This document shows, in pieces, positions 28,801 through 38,574 of a stretch of DNA of 64,000 nucleotides. The position numbers and the translations under genes were made by a program. Source of the stretch: an uncultured Gemmatimonadales bacterium. GTDB taxonomy: Bacteria > Gemmatimonadota > Gemmatimonadetes > Longimicrobiales > RSA9. Location: the NCBI GenBank assembly GCA_963798845.1, contig CAWCUS010000006.1, positions 960,001 to 1,024,000 on the forward strand, written 5' to 3'. Position 1 is the first letter of the stretch. The number at the start of each line of letters is the position of its first letter. Under the pieces are notes generated by a model. That model did not search any database. It was given only the letters and a program-made list of their open reading frames with translations, and was not told the DNA's origin.

Positions 28801-29289
28801 ATGCTGCCGACGCCGGAGCGCCCCCGGGAGCGCTCCGGCGTTCCTTTTTCCGCCCTGCTGGCGCTGCTCGCACTCGTTTCTGCGGCCGGGTGCGACCACC
28901 CCCCCGAAATCGGGGCGTCGGTGCATCTCAATGATTCCACGGCCGTGGACCTGGGGCCGGGGACGGCCGTCCACGAAATCCGGATCCGCGGTGGGGAGGC
29001 GACCGACACGCTCGTGCCCGATACCGTGCGCGCGAGACCCGGGGATGCGGTCCGGTTCGTCGCGGGCGACCGGCGCACCCACGCGATCGCCTTTCTCCAG
29101 GACGCTCTTTCGCCAGCGGCGCGGCGCTACCTGGAGCAGAGCATGCAGCTGCGCGGCCCGCCGCTCGTGGATGAAGGGTCGACCTGGGTCGTCGTCCTGC
29201 GCGACGCGCCTCCGGGCTCCTATCCATTCCAGTGCGTCGCCCACGGCGCTCGCGGCGTCATCGTCGTGAGGCCGGGCGGCCCGGACTGA
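28801..29289 (+). CDS. Cupredoxin-fold (plastocyanin/azurin-like) lipoprotein
   Basis: Lipobox AAGC; PGDAVRF...THAIAF and PGSYPFQCVAHGARGVIVV. Confidence 0.75.
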   Translation: MLPTPERPRERSGVPFSALLALLALVSAAGCDHPPEIGASVHLNDSTAVDLGPGTAVHEIRIRGGEATDTLVPDTVRARPGDAVRFVAGDRRTHAIAFLQDALSPAARRYLEQSMQLRGPPLVDEGSTWVVVLRDAPPGSYPFQCVAHGARGVIVVRPGGPD

Positions 29290-29292
29290 GCC

Positions 29293-30342
29293 ATGCCCAG
29301 GGTCGCGATCATTCCCGGAGACGGGATCGGACAGGAGGTGACGGCGGAGGCAGTGAAGGTCCTGCACTGCCTGGACCATGAGATGGGGCTGGGGCTCGAG
29401 CTCGTCGAATGGCCTCTCGGCGCCGACCGGTTCCTCGAAACCGGCATCGCCATCACGGCCGCCGAGATGGCGGAGCTGGCGTCGGATTACGATGCCATCC
29501 TCCTCGGCGCCCTCGGCGACCCGCGCGTTCCCGGGAACGAGCACGCCCGCGACATCCTGCTGGGCATGCGCTTCAAGCTGGACCTCTACGTCAATCTCCG
29601 ACCCGTCCGGCTGCTGGCGGGGCAGCAGGGGCCGCTGCGGGACGTCGCCCCGGACCAGCTGGACCTCGTCGTCTTCCGGGAAAACACAGAGGGCACGTAC
29701 GTGGGCATGGGCGGCGTGTTCAAGCAGGGCACGCCCGACGAGGTGGCGATCGAGGAGGACGTGAATACGCGCAAGGGCGTGGAGCGGATCGTCCGCGCCG
29801 CCTTCCAGCACGCTCAGCGCACCGGGCGTCGGGTCACGCTCGCGGACAAGTCCAACGCCATGCGCTTTGGCGGACAGCTCTGGCGGCGCGTCTTCGCGGA
29901 AGTGGGCGCCGAGTTTCCGGACGTCGAGCGCGGCGCCATGTACATCGATGCCCTCGCCATGGACCTGGTCCTCCACCCCGGCCTCTACCAGGTGATCGTC
30001 ACGTCCAATCTGTTCGGCGACATCATCAGCGACCTCGCCGCCGGGCTCGTCGGCGGGCTCGGCCTGGCGCCGTCGGCCAACCTGCACCCCGGCAGGATCG
30101 GACTCTTCGAGCCCGTCCACGGCTCCGCCCCCGACATCGCCGGGAAGGGCGTGGCCAACCCCATAGCCGCCGTCCTCAGCGCCGCCCTCATGCTCGACCA
30201 TCTCGATGAGACCGCCGCCGCCCGCCGCATCGAGGCGGCGGTGGATGCCGCCATCCGCCGCGGCGCCACCACCCCCGACCTCGGGGGCGACCTCAGCACC
30301 GCCGAGGCCGGTGACTGGCTCTGCCGGGAGCTTCGCAGGTAG
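29293..30342 (+). CDS. leuB: 3-isopropylmalate/isocitrate/tartrate dehydrogenase family protein (LeuB-like)
   Basis: [35 protein letters not shown] and [13 protein letters not shown]. Substrate cannot be fixed from motifs, so the symbol is tentative. Confidence 0.75.
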   Translation: MPRVAIIPGDGIGQEVTAEAVKVLHCLDHEMGLGLELVEWPLGADRFLETGIAITAAEMAELASDYDAILLGALGDPRVPGNEHARDILLGMRFKLDLYVNLRPVRLLAGQQGPLRDVAPDQLDLVVFRENTEGTYVGMGGVFKQGTPDEVAIEEDVNTRKGVERIVRAAFQHAQRTGRRVTLADKSNAMRFGGQLWRRVFAEVGAEFPDVERGAMYIDALAMDLVLHPGLYQVIVTSNLFGDIISDLAAGLVGGLGLAPSANLHPGRIGLFEPVHGSAPDIAGKGVANPIAAVLSAALMLDHLDETAAARRIEAAVDAAIRRGATTPDLGGDLSTAEAGDWLCRELRR

Positions 30343-30507
30343 GCACGTCGAGCCGCCGCGCATCTTCGCGGCCTCCCGTGAGGCAGCGCCTTCCTCGCGA
30401 TTTCGCGCGGGCAATGCGTGGCCGCGCTCCGGCGTCTGCACTACCTTTGGCAAACGGCAGCTCTCTGCGCCTGCGCTGGCGCGTTGAACCTCACCACCAG
30501 GAGTTCC

Positions 30508-31716
30508 ATGGGAACACAGGGCCACACCACCGACATCGTCTTCCTTTCCGGCCGCCGAACCCCGTTCGGCACGTTCGGCGGCACGCTCAAGGGGTTCTCG
30601 GCCACGCAGCTCGGCGCCATTGCCGCGCGGTCGGCGCTGGAGGAGGCCGGTGTGGACCCGGCGGAGATCGGTCACGTCATCTTCGGAAACGCGCTCCAGA
30701 CTTCGGCGGACGCGATTTACCTGGCGAGGCACGTGGGGCTGCAGTCGGGGGTACCGCAGGAGGTGCCCGCACTCACGGTCAACCGCCTGTGCGGCAGCGG
30801 GTTCCAGGGGATCGTGAGCGCGGCCCAGGAGATCATGCTGGGGCAGGCGGACGTCTGCCTGGCCGGAGGGACGGAGTCCATGAGCCAGGCCCCCCACGTG
30901 GTCCGCGGCGCGCGCTGGGGCTCGCTCCGCCTGGGCGAGGCGGGCGGCTTTTTCGAGGACGTGCTCTGGGAGGCGCTCACGGACACCCAGTGCGGGCTGT
31001 CCATGGCGCAGACCGCCGAAGAGCTGGCGGGCCGCTACGACGTGAAGCGGGAGGAGGCGGACCGGGTCGCGTACGAGTCGCAGCAGCGCGCTGCGCGCGC
31101 CTGGGAGGAAGGTCGCTTCGATGCGGAGGTGGTCGCGGTCACGGTGGAGACACGGAAGGGCCCGGTGGAGTTCCGCAGGGACGAGCACATGCGTCCCGAG
31201 ACCACCATGGAGGCGCTAGGAAAGCTCCGCCCCTACTTCAAGAAGGACGGCCTGGTGACCGCCGGAAACGCCAGCGGGATCGGTGACGGTGCGGCGGCGG
31301 TCGTCGTGGCGAGCCAGGCATGGGCGGAGCGGAAGGATCTGAAGCCGCTGGCGCGGCTGGTCAGCTGGGGCGTGGCCGGTGTCGACCCGCACATCATGGG
31401 GATCGGCCCCGTCCCGGCGGCGCGGAAGGCGCTCGAAGCGGCCGGAATGACGCTGGACGACATGGATCTCGTAGAGGTCAACGAGGCCTTCGCGCCGCAG
31501 GTGGCGGCCGTGGTCCGGGAGCTGGGTCTCGACATGGAGAAGACCAACGTGAACGGTGGGGCCATCGCTCTGACGCATCCGCTCGCTGCCTCGGGTGCGC
31601 GCATCACCGTGCACCTGATCCACGAGCTGCGCCGCACGGGCGGCCGGTTCGCCCTCGGCTCGGCGTGCATCGGCGGAGGGCAGGGGATGGCGGTGGTGGT
31701 GGAAGCGCTGGCCTGA
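30508..31716 (+). CDS. Acetyl-CoA C-acyltransferase (thiolase)
   Basis: RTPFG, NRLCGSG, NEAFA, GGAIALTHP and ACIGGGQG. Confidence 0.95.
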   Translation: MGTQGHTTDIVFLSGRRTPFGTFGGTLKGFSATQLGAIAARSALEEAGVDPAEIGHVIFGNALQTSADAIYLARHVGLQSGVPQEVPALTVNRLCGSGFQGIVSAAQEIMLGQADVCLAGGTESMSQAPHVVRGARWGSLRLGEAGGFFEDVLWEALTDTQCGLSMAQTAEELAGRYDVKREEADRVAYESQQRAARAWEEGRFDAEVVAVTVETRKGPVEFRRDEHMRPETTMEALGKLRPYFKKDGLVTAGNASGIGDGAAAVVVASQAWAERKDLKPLARLVSWGVAGVDPHIMGIGPVPAARKALEAAGMTLDDMDLVEVNEAFAPQVAAVVRELGLDMEKTNVNGGAIALTHPLAASGARITVHLIHELRRTGGRFALGSACIGGGQGMAVVVEALA

Positions 31717-31731
31717 GAAAGGAGCTGTACC

Positions 31732-32619
31732 ATGATCCCGATCCTGATCGCGGCCGGTGGCGCGGTGGTGGCGCTTGCCGGGATGATGCTGCGCGTGCTG
31801 CGCGAGTACGAGCGTGCGGTGGTATTCCGCCTCGGGCGCCTGCGCGAGCCCCGGGGGCCCGGCCTGATCGTCCTCTGGCCGTTCGGCCTGGAGCGGATGG
31901 TGAAGGTGCCGCTGAGGATCGTGGCGATGGACATCCCGCCGCAGGACGTCATCACGAGGGACAACGTGTCGGTGAAGGTGAACGCGGTGGTCTACTTCCG
32001 GGTGAGCGACCCCGTGAAGGCGATCGTTGAGATCGAGGACTACCTTTTCGCCACCAGCCAGCTGGCGCAGACCACGCTGCGCAGCGTGGTGGGGCAGGCG
32101 GAGCTGGACGAGCTCCTGGCCGAGCGGGAGCGGATCAACAAGATCCTGCGCGACCACATCGACTCGGGCACCGATTCCTGGGGCATCGACGTCTCCGCCG
32201 TGGAGGTGAAGGACATCGACCTGCCGCAGGAGATGAAGCGCGCCATGGCCCGCCAGGCCGAGGCGGAGCGCGACCGCCGGGCCAAGGTGATCAATGCGGA
32301 AGGCGAGCTCCAGGCGTCGGAGAAGCTGGCGCAGGCCGCGGGCGTCATGTCGCAGGAGCCCGCGTCCATCACGCTGCGCTTTCTCCAGACCGTCACGGAG
32401 ATCGCCGCGGAGAACAACTCCACCACGCTCTTCCCTCTCCCCATCGACCTCTTCCGACCCATGCTGGACAAGGTGGCCAGGAAGATCGTGGCCGCGGATG
32501 ACGAGCCCGTGAAGGACGAGGATGGCCCGAAGGAGGCCGGGCCCGCCCGGCTGCCCGGCCCTCGCGCCGAGCTCGAGCCCGCCGGCAAGCTGCCGGAGGA
32601 TGAGCGGATCGAGCGCTGA
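31732..32619 (+). CDS. SPFH/slipin (stomatin-like) protein
   Basis: [29 protein letters not shown] and [11 protein letters not shown]. Confidence 0.93.
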   Translation: MIPILIAAGGAVVALAGMMLRVLREYERAVVFRLGRLREPRGPGLIVLWPFGLERMVKVPLRIVAMDIPPQDVITRDNVSVKVNAVVYFRVSDPVKAIVEIEDYLFATSQLAQTTLRSVVGQAELDELLAERERINKILRDHIDSGTDSWGIDVSAVEVKDIDLPQEMKRAMARQAEAERDRRAKVINAEGELQASEKLAQAAGVMSQEPASITLRFLQTVTEIAAENNSTTLFPLPIDLFRPMLDKVARKIVAADDEPVKDEDGPKEAGPARLPGPRAELEPAGKLPEDERIER

Positions 32620-32630
32620 CACGCGGCAGC

Positions 32631-33524
32631 ATGCCTGACGACCCCGTTTCCCGGGACACGCCGGAGTCGCCCACGTCCCCCGACGCGGGGGAGGCGATCA
32701 CGCGCCGGCAGCTGCCTCTGGTCATCCGGCGGGCGGCCGAGCTGTACACCAGCGATGCCGAGGGCGACGAGCGGCTGAGCGAGGCCGAGGTGCTCCGCGT
32801 GGCCGATGAGCTGGGGCTGCCCGGCCGCTACGTCCGCCAGGCGCTCTACGAGCTGCCACCCGACCGCGGCGATCTCGGCCTGGTCGACCGCTGGTACGGC
32901 TCCGAGCACGTCCAGGGAACGCGAGTGGTCCGCGGCGTACCCGATGAGGTCATGGACCGCCTGGAGGACTATCTCGTCACCCGCGAGTTCCTCCAGGTCC
33001 TGCGCCGCCAGGGAGGGAAAGCGGCGTTCACGCCCGCCGACGATGCCATCTCCAACGTGGCGCGCGCGGTGCGCCGGCACCAGCGCCAGTGGCAGATCGC
33101 GCGCAGCCGTCGCGTCCTCGTGGAAGTGCGGCCCATGCCAGCCGACGAGAGCCACGTACGGCTCGAGCTGGATGTCGGGCACCACCGGACACGCGCGGTC
33201 ACTGGCGGGCTCGTGGGCGGCGCCCTCGTCGGCCTCCCGTTGGCGGCCGGCCTCTTCTTCCCCGTCGGCCACATGGTCATCGCCAGCGCGGGTGACACCG
33301 CCGCGTACGCCGCGGGGCTCGCGGCCGGCGCCAGCGCCTTCGCCGCCAGCGTGGCGGGCGGCGTGGCGGTCGCGCGGAGCCGGTTTCGCAGCCGCGTGGA
33401 CGCCGCGCGCCTTGAGGTGGCCGCGCTCCTCGATCGGCTGGAAGGAGGGCGCAAGCTCGACCCGCCGCCGGCCCCATGGTTGCGGAGCCTCCGCTCCCGC
33501 ATCGCCGGCACGCTGCACGGCTGA
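32631..33524 (+). CDS. Hypothetical membrane protein
   Basis: Long ORF in line with the operon; two hydrophobic segments near the C-terminus. Confidence 0.75.
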   Translation: MPDDPVSRDTPESPTSPDAGEAITRRQLPLVIRRAAELYTSDAEGDERLSEAEVLRVADELGLPGRYVRQALYELPPDRGDLGLVDRWYGSEHVQGTRVVRGVPDEVMDRLEDYLVTREFLQVLRRQGGKAAFTPADDAISNVARAVRRHQRQWQIARSRRVLVEVRPMPADESHVRLELDVGHHRTRAVTGGLVGGALVGLPLAAGLFFPVGHMVIASAGDTAAYAAGLAAGASAFAASVAGGVAVARSRFRSRVDAARLEVAALLDRLEGGRKLDPPPAPWLRSLRSRIAGTLHG

Positions 33525-33657
33525 CGCCCGCTCCTGAGCCGCCGGCGCGGCCCTCCGGTTGAAGCGACCGCGGGGGGCGCCCATATTGGCGGCCTCTGAC
33601 GGACTCTCATGCGAACCCTACGGCGCGCACGCGCGCGCAGGCGACTCCGGAGGCGGA

Positions 33658-34542
33658 ATGGAGATCAGGAACGTGGCCGTGGTGGGCGGCGGCCTCATGG
33701 GCAGCGGCATCGCGGAAGTGTGCGCGAAATCCGGCTACGACACGGTCGTGCGTGAAGTCGGCGACGACCTGGTGGACAAGGCGCTCGGCCGCATGCGGAA
33801 CAGCATGGATCGCGCGGTGGCGAAGGGGAAGCTGGACGGCGGCGAGCGCGACGCCGCCGTCGCCAGGATACGTGGCACCACGGCGCTGGAGGATCTGCGG
33901 GACGCCGACCTGGTGATCGAGGCGATCGTGGAGAGCCTGGACGCGAAGAAGGAGCTGTTCTCGACCCTGGACGGCCTCTGTGGCCCGGGAACCATCTTCG
34001 CCTCCAATACGAGCTCCCTCACCGTCACGGAAATGGCCGCGGCCACGGACCGACCGGACCGGTTCCTCGGGCTCCACTTCTTCAACCCCGTCCCCGTCAT
34101 GAAGCTGGTGGAGGTGGTCCGCACCATCGCCACGAGCGACGAGGCCTACCGCACCGCGTTCGACTTCGTCGGCTCGCTGGGGAAGCAGGCGATCGAGGCC
34201 AAGGACGCGTCGGGGTTCATCGTGAACCGGCTCCTGGTCCCCTACATGCTCGACGCCATCCGCGCTCTCGAGCAGGGGCTCGGCACCATCGAGGACATCG
34301 ACAGGGGGATGGTGCTCGGTACCGGCTACCCCATGGGTCCGTTCACCCTAGCCGACTTCGTCGGCATCGACACGCTCTTCCGGATCGCCGAGATCATGTA
34401 CCAGGAATACGCCGAAACCCGCTTCGCTCCGCCCCCGCTCCTGCGGCGCATGGTCACGCTCGGGTATTTCGGCCGCAAGTCCGGCCGCGGCTTCTACGAT
34501 CATTCAGGCGATGCGCCGGTGGCCACGAATCTCGGCGCCTGA
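33658..34542 (+). CDS. 3-hydroxybutyryl-CoA (3-hydroxyacyl-CoA) dehydrogenase
   Basis: GGGLMGSGIA, ASNTSS, GLHFFNP, GFIVNR and GYPMGP; promoter TTGAAG-N17-CATATT at 33559-33587. Confidence 0.93.
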   Translation: MEIRNVAVVGGGLMGSGIAEVCAKSGYDTVVREVGDDLVDKALGRMRNSMDRAVAKGKLDGGERDAAVARIRGTTALEDLRDADLVIEAIVESLDAKKELFSTLDGLCGPGTIFASNTSSLTVTEMAAATDRPDRFLGLHFFNPVPVMKLVEVVRTIATSDEAYRTAFDFVGSLGKQAIEAKDASGFIVNRLLVPYMLDAIRALEQGLGTIEDIDRGMVLGTGYPMGPFTLADFVGIDTLFRIAEIMYQEYAETRFAPPPLLRRMVTLGYFGRKSGRGFYDHSGDAPVATNLGA

Positions 34543-34647
34543 GCCGCATCCCCGCACATCGTGCGGCGCGGCTTGCGTTTCCAGCAGGCCGCGCCGCAAT
34601 TTCGCGTGTTCGTCGATCTACAGGAACCGACCCGAGCGGAGCCGCCC

Positions 34648-36072
34648 ATGACCGACTTCCCCCCGCCGTCCGCGTCCGACTCGCCGGCGTCTCCCTCCCA
34701 CGCCGGGCCCGAGCACGAGGAGCCGAAAGAGTTCGCCCGCGAGCTGTGGAACACCCGCATCGGCTTCATCCTGGCCGCGGTCGGGTCCGCCGTGGGGCTC
34801 GGCAACATGTGGCGCTTCCCGTACTACACCGCCGAGCACGGCGGGGCGGCTTTCGTGGCGCTCTACGTGGCGCTCACCTTCGCCCTGGGCATCCCGCTGC
34901 TCCTGGCCGAGTTCACGGTCGGACGCCGGACTCACCTCAGTCCCATCGGCGCGCTCCGCAAAGTCGGAGGCCGGGGGTGGGTGCCCATGGGCTACATGTT
35001 CGTCCTCGCCGGCTTCCTGATCCTCGCCTTCTACTCCGTCATCGCCGGCTGGGTGACCCGCTACGCGCTCACGTTCGTCTTCACCGGCTTCCAGGGCGAC
35101 CCGGCCGCCCGCTTCGCCGCCGTGTCCACGGGGGTGGATGCCATCGGCTACCATTTCCTCTTCATGACCATCACCATCGCCATCGTCATGGGCGGCGTCG
35201 AAAAGGGGATCGAGCGTGCCAGCGTGGTGATGATGCCGACGCTGTTCCTCATCGTCGCCGGGCTCGCAGTCTGGGCCGCCACACTGACCGGCAGCGGCGC
35301 CGGCTACGGCTACTACCTCCGGCCGAGCTGGAACGAGATCTTCTCGCTCGACACGTTCGGAGCCGCCGCTTCTCAGGCCGCGTTCTCCCTCTCCCTCGGC
35401 ATGGGCGCAATGCTCACGTTCGCCAGCTACCTGTCCAAGAAGGAGAGCCTGCCGAGGGAGGGGACCATCATCGCATTCTCCGACTTCGGCGTCGCGTTCG
35501 TCGCCGGGCTGGTGGTGTTCCCCGTCATCTTCGCCCTGGGGCTCCAGGGAGCCGTCGGCGAAAGCACGGTCGGCGCCCTCTTCATCGCGCTGCCCGGCGG
35601 CTTCGCCGCCATGGGCACCGTGGCCGGGCGCCTCATTGGCAGCATCTTCTTCGTCGCCCTGTTCATCGGCGCGCTGACCTCGGCGATCTCCCTCCTGGAG
35701 GTGGTCACGTCCTCCATGATCGACGAGTTCGGCTGGTCCCGGAAAAAGGCGGCCGTCTCCATGGGCATGGTCATCGCCCTCGCCGGCGCCTGGCCGGCCA
35801 TGAACCTCAATGCCCTCGACGCCTACGACAAGCTCACCGGCAACGTCATGCTCCCCCTCGGCGCCCTGGGCCTGGCCGTCCTCGTCGGCTGGGTCATGAA
35901 AAACCCCATCGACGAGATCGCCATCGGGAGCAGCCCCCGCATGAGGGGCTTCTTCAAGGGCTGGATCTGGATGCTCCGCGTGGTCGCCCCCGCGGCCCTC
36001 GCCGTGGTCCTCTGGTCCACGGTGCCCGCCGCGATCGCGGCCCTGGGCGTCATCTTCGGGGTCGGTCGCTAG
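34648..36072 (+). CDS. Sodium-dependent transporter (NSS/SNF family)
   Basis: GSAVGLGNMWRFP, HGGAAF and FSLSLGMG; many TM helices. Confidence 0.94.
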   Translation: MTDFPPPSASDSPASPSHAGPEHEEPKEFARELWNTRIGFILAAVGSAVGLGNMWRFPYYTAEHGGAAFVALYVALTFALGIPLLLAEFTVGRRTHLSPIGALRKVGGRGWVPMGYMFVLAGFLILAFYSVIAGWVTRYALTFVFTGFQGDPAARFAAVSTGVDAIGYHFLFMTITIAIVMGGVEKGIERASVVMMPTLFLIVAGLAVWAATLTGSGAGYGYYLRPSWNEIFSLDTFGAAASQAAFSLSLGMGAMLTFASYLSKKESLPREGTIIAFSDFGVAFVAGLVVFPVIFALGLQGAVGESTVGALFIALPGGFAAMGTVAGRLIGSIFFVALFIGALTSAISLLEVVTSSMIDEFGWSRKKAAVSMGMVIALAGAWPAMNLNALDAYDKLTGNVMLPLGALGLAVLVGWVMKNPIDEIAIGSSPRMRGFFKGWIWMLRVVAPAALAVVLWSTVPAAIAALGVIFGVGR

Positions 36073-36082
36073 ACCGGACCGG

Positions 36083-36808
36083 CTACTCGGGCGCCGCCTG
36101 CTCCCGGTGCAGCTGGTGGCTGTAGCGCTGGTACACCTCCGGCCGAGCCATGTAGTCCTCCACCCATACCTCGAACGGGGGGAGGGGCAGGTGGCGCTCG
36201 ATCTCCTGGACCACCAGCATGGCCAGCTGCAGCCGGTCGCTCGCCCGGAAATCGATCTCGCGACCCTCCAGGACACGGTCCACCAGCTCCCGGAAGTCCG
36301 CCGGATCCACCAGCGCGATCAGGTGTGACACCTGGTCGATCCGGTAGGAGTCGTACAGCGACCGCAGGTGCGAGAGCGACGGCTCCCTGGCTCCGCCCGG
36401 CGGCACCATCGCTTCCGACCGGCTCGCCAGCAGCCGACGGAACCACCGACGCACGTCGGCGGACATGCCATATCGACGCTCGTGCGTGTGCAGCGCCGAC
36501 TCCAGCAGCGACTCCAGCAGCGGTCGACCCAGACCGCGGGCCCGCGCATCCACGTCCGCTTCCGCGCTCTCCACGAACAGGTCCGTGGTCCGGATGTCCT
36601 GCCCCTCCAGCCCCGCCGCACCCGTCCGGAAGCTGAAGTAGCCGCGCCAGCGCCCGTCCTCCCCCGCGTACGTGGCCAGGAACACCGACCACCGCTCGCC
36701 GCCCCGCTCCAGAAAACAGAACGAGCGGCGACGCGCCCGTTCCCGGTCGCCCCCACGCGGGGCCGATCGCGACGCGTCGCCGCCCTGGCGCTCCCCTGGA
36801 TTCGGCAC
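36083..36808 (-). CDS. Hypothetical two-domain protein (start uncertain)
   Basis: Protein-like ORF. The promoter TTGACC-N18-TACGCT (36844-36815) favours GTG at 36808. The C-terminus resembles the product of 37502..37831. Confidence 0.75.
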   Translation of the reverse strand: MPNPGERQGGDASRSAPRGGDRERARRRSFCFLERGGERWSVFLATYAGEDGRWRGYFSFRTGAAGLEGQDIRTTDLFVESAEADVDARARGLGRPLLESLLESALHTHERRYGMSADVRRWFRRLLASRSEAMVPPGGAREPSLSHLRSLYDSYRIDQVSHLIALVDPADFRELVDRVLEGREIDFRASDRLQLAMLVVQEIERHLPLPPFEVWVEDYMARPEVYQRYSHQLHREQAAPE

Positions 36809-36849
36809 GGGGACAGCGTAGCGCCTGCCCCCCATCGCGGTCAAGCGAG

Positions 36850-37220
36850 GCGGCGACTTATCAACGCGCAAAAACAGGTGTTTCCGGGGCGCGGTGAAGC
36901 AGCCGTTTTCCACCTACCATCTGGCGGATGTAACGCAATGGCAACGAATCGCCATCCAAGAACCACGCGTTTCCTTCACCCGCGCGCAGGGCGAAAATAG
37001 CGAAAACCGCGAATTTGAAGATAACCGTAAGTCGTTGTGGGGAAAGGAGATAGCTGTAACTCCATGCGCCACGGGAGGTTCCACGAAAGCCTTGACGCGC
37101 TCGGACCCGAGCCGTAACTTCGCAGTCCTTCGAGGCGAGAAGCTACGAGCGGGACTCAAGGTGCGGCGGGCGGAGTGAAAGATCCGTTTTTCCGCAAGTT
37201 TTCGACAAGTTTTCCACAAC
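36850..37220. other. DnaA-box cluster / candidate replication origin
   Basis: Relatively AT-rich intergenic DNA. TTTTCCGCA, TTTTCGACA and TTTTCCACA at 37188, 37199 and 37210 (2-bp spacing); weaker boxes at 36858, 36906 and 37036; IHF-like TAA-N4-TTG at 37028. Confidence 0.55.
37092..37120 (+). promoter_or_regulatory. sigma70-type promoter with palindromic spacer
   Basis: TTGACG-N17-TAACTT; the spacer contains GCTCGG-AC-CCGAGC. Confidence 0.65.
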
Positions 37221-37240
37221 GACCTGCCGAGACCGATCCA

Positions 37241-37435
37241 ATGACGGACACCTGTGCGATCGACCTTCGCGTACGCCTCCCCCGGCCGCTGGCAGACGAG
37301 GCGGAGCGAGTGAAGGAAAGCGACCCGGATGTACTGAGTCGGATCCTGGCGTACGGGTTGACGCGTCGGTTCATCTTCGATCATCTGGTGGCACGGGAGG
37401 CGCTCCGGGGCGGGGCTTCGGAGATTCGGTATTGA
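37241..37435 (+). CDS. Small ribbon-helix-helix-like protein
   Basis: 64 aa; alternating strand IDLRVRLP followed by two predicted helices (LADEAERV, LSRILAYGL). Confidence 0.6.
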   Translation: MTDTCAIDLRVRLPRPLADEAERVKESDPDVLSRILAYGLTRRFIFDHLVAREALRGGASEIRY

Positions 37436-37501
37436 CGGGCATCCGGGCACCGCTCTAGGCTTCGGGCGTTGGAGCGGTGATCCCGAGCATCGGCGGACCG
37501 A

Positions 37502-37831
37502 ATGGACGGAGCGGGGGAGAGGGTGCTGCGGGCGAAGTACCTGGACTGGTGTTCAGCCCGGGTGGCCGAGCGTTTTCTCGATCTGAGTCCTGAGGAGATC
37601 TACGCGCTGGCGCGACCGGAGAGCGGCAAGGAGGCACCGAGCCCCGGGCCGCCGTTGCCGCCGCCGGGCGACGACAGCTATCGAACGCTGGTGCAGCGTG
37701 TGACGGAGTCGCTCCTGGACCGGATGTCGCTGCCGCCGTTCAATGAGTGGCAGGAGGCGTACGCGTCTTCACCGGAGCGCTACGACGCGGAGATGCTGGG
37801 GTTCTGGAAGGACGTGGCCCCGAAGGAGTAG
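37502..37831 (+). CDS. Hypothetical protein
   Basis: Own promoter TTGACG-N18-TAGGCT (37432-37461); protein-like sequence; shares motifs with 36083..36808. Confidence 0.75.
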   Translation: MDGAGERVLRAKYLDWCSARVAERFLDLSPEEIYALARPESGKEAPSPGPPLPPPGDDSYRTLVQRVTESLLDRMSLPPFNEWQEAYASSPERYDAEMLGFWKDVAPKE

Positions 37832-37873
37832 GCGGCGTAGCGGGTCAGGGAGCGGGTCGCAGGATGCCGCCGA

Positions 37874-38114
37874 TCACCGATCGTGCCGGGCCACCCTGAA
37901 GTTGTGCCACCAGGTGCCGACGAGAGCGGAGAGCCCGGCGGCGGCCAGGAAGAACCCCACCACCGCCCATCCCAGTCCCCAGTCCGGGCGTCCGTTGGCG
38001 TAGCCTCGTGCGGAGCTCCAGAATGACGGCGGCCGCCATGGCGAGCCAGAGGATGCCGATGATGAATCCGGGAATCGTGGCGGCGCCACGGGAGATGCTG
38101 CGGGTTTCCTTCAT
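37874..38114 (-). CDS. Small two-TM membrane protein, frameshifted at 38022-38023 in this assembly
   Basis: MKETRS...IPGFIIGILWLAMAAAV in one frame continues as WSSARGYANGRPDWGLGWAVVGFFLAAAG in another. Deleting one base gives 79 aa. Confidence 0.7.
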
Positions 38115-38288
38115 GTCATCGTCTCGGAGTCGGGTACGGGGACGCGAAGATAGCCGCGGATCGGCGGGTGCTGCAAGCTCGGATGCGGACGACGGTGCCG
38201 GGGCATGGCCGGGATTTCGGCGGCGGGTTGCGGGCGCGCGAGCGCTTCCGCCATCCTTCGTGTCCACGGCAAAGCGAGAGGAGCGGCA

Positions 38289-38552
38289 ATGGCGATCACG
38301 GAGCGTTCGGTGATTCCCGAGGGGTCGCGGGTCGAAGTGACGCGGGGTCGGTTCCCTGCCGACCCGGCGCTGGTGGGACGGCAGGGGACGGTGGTGGAGA
38401 ACTCGCCGTACTTCCCGCACAAGGTGGAGGTCCAGCTGGACGGGGAGCCGGAGATCCGGACGTTCGCCCCGGAGGAGCTGCTGGTGGCCTCGTCGCCGGA
38501 GGCGCTGCCGCCGGACGAGGCGGCGGCGAGGAAGCGGCTCAGCCGCCCCTAG
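38289..38552 (+). CDS. Small hypothetical protein with SH3/KOW-like pattern
   Basis: GAGGAG RBS; GSRVEV...GRQGTVV...VEVQLD...FAPEEL. Confidence 0.7.
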   Translation: MAITERSVIPEGSRVEVTRGRFPADPALVGRQGTVVENSPYFPHKVEVQLDGEPEIRTFAPEELLVASSPEALPPDEAAARKRLSRP

Positions 38553-38574
38553 CTGGCGGGACCGGTCCCGGCGG

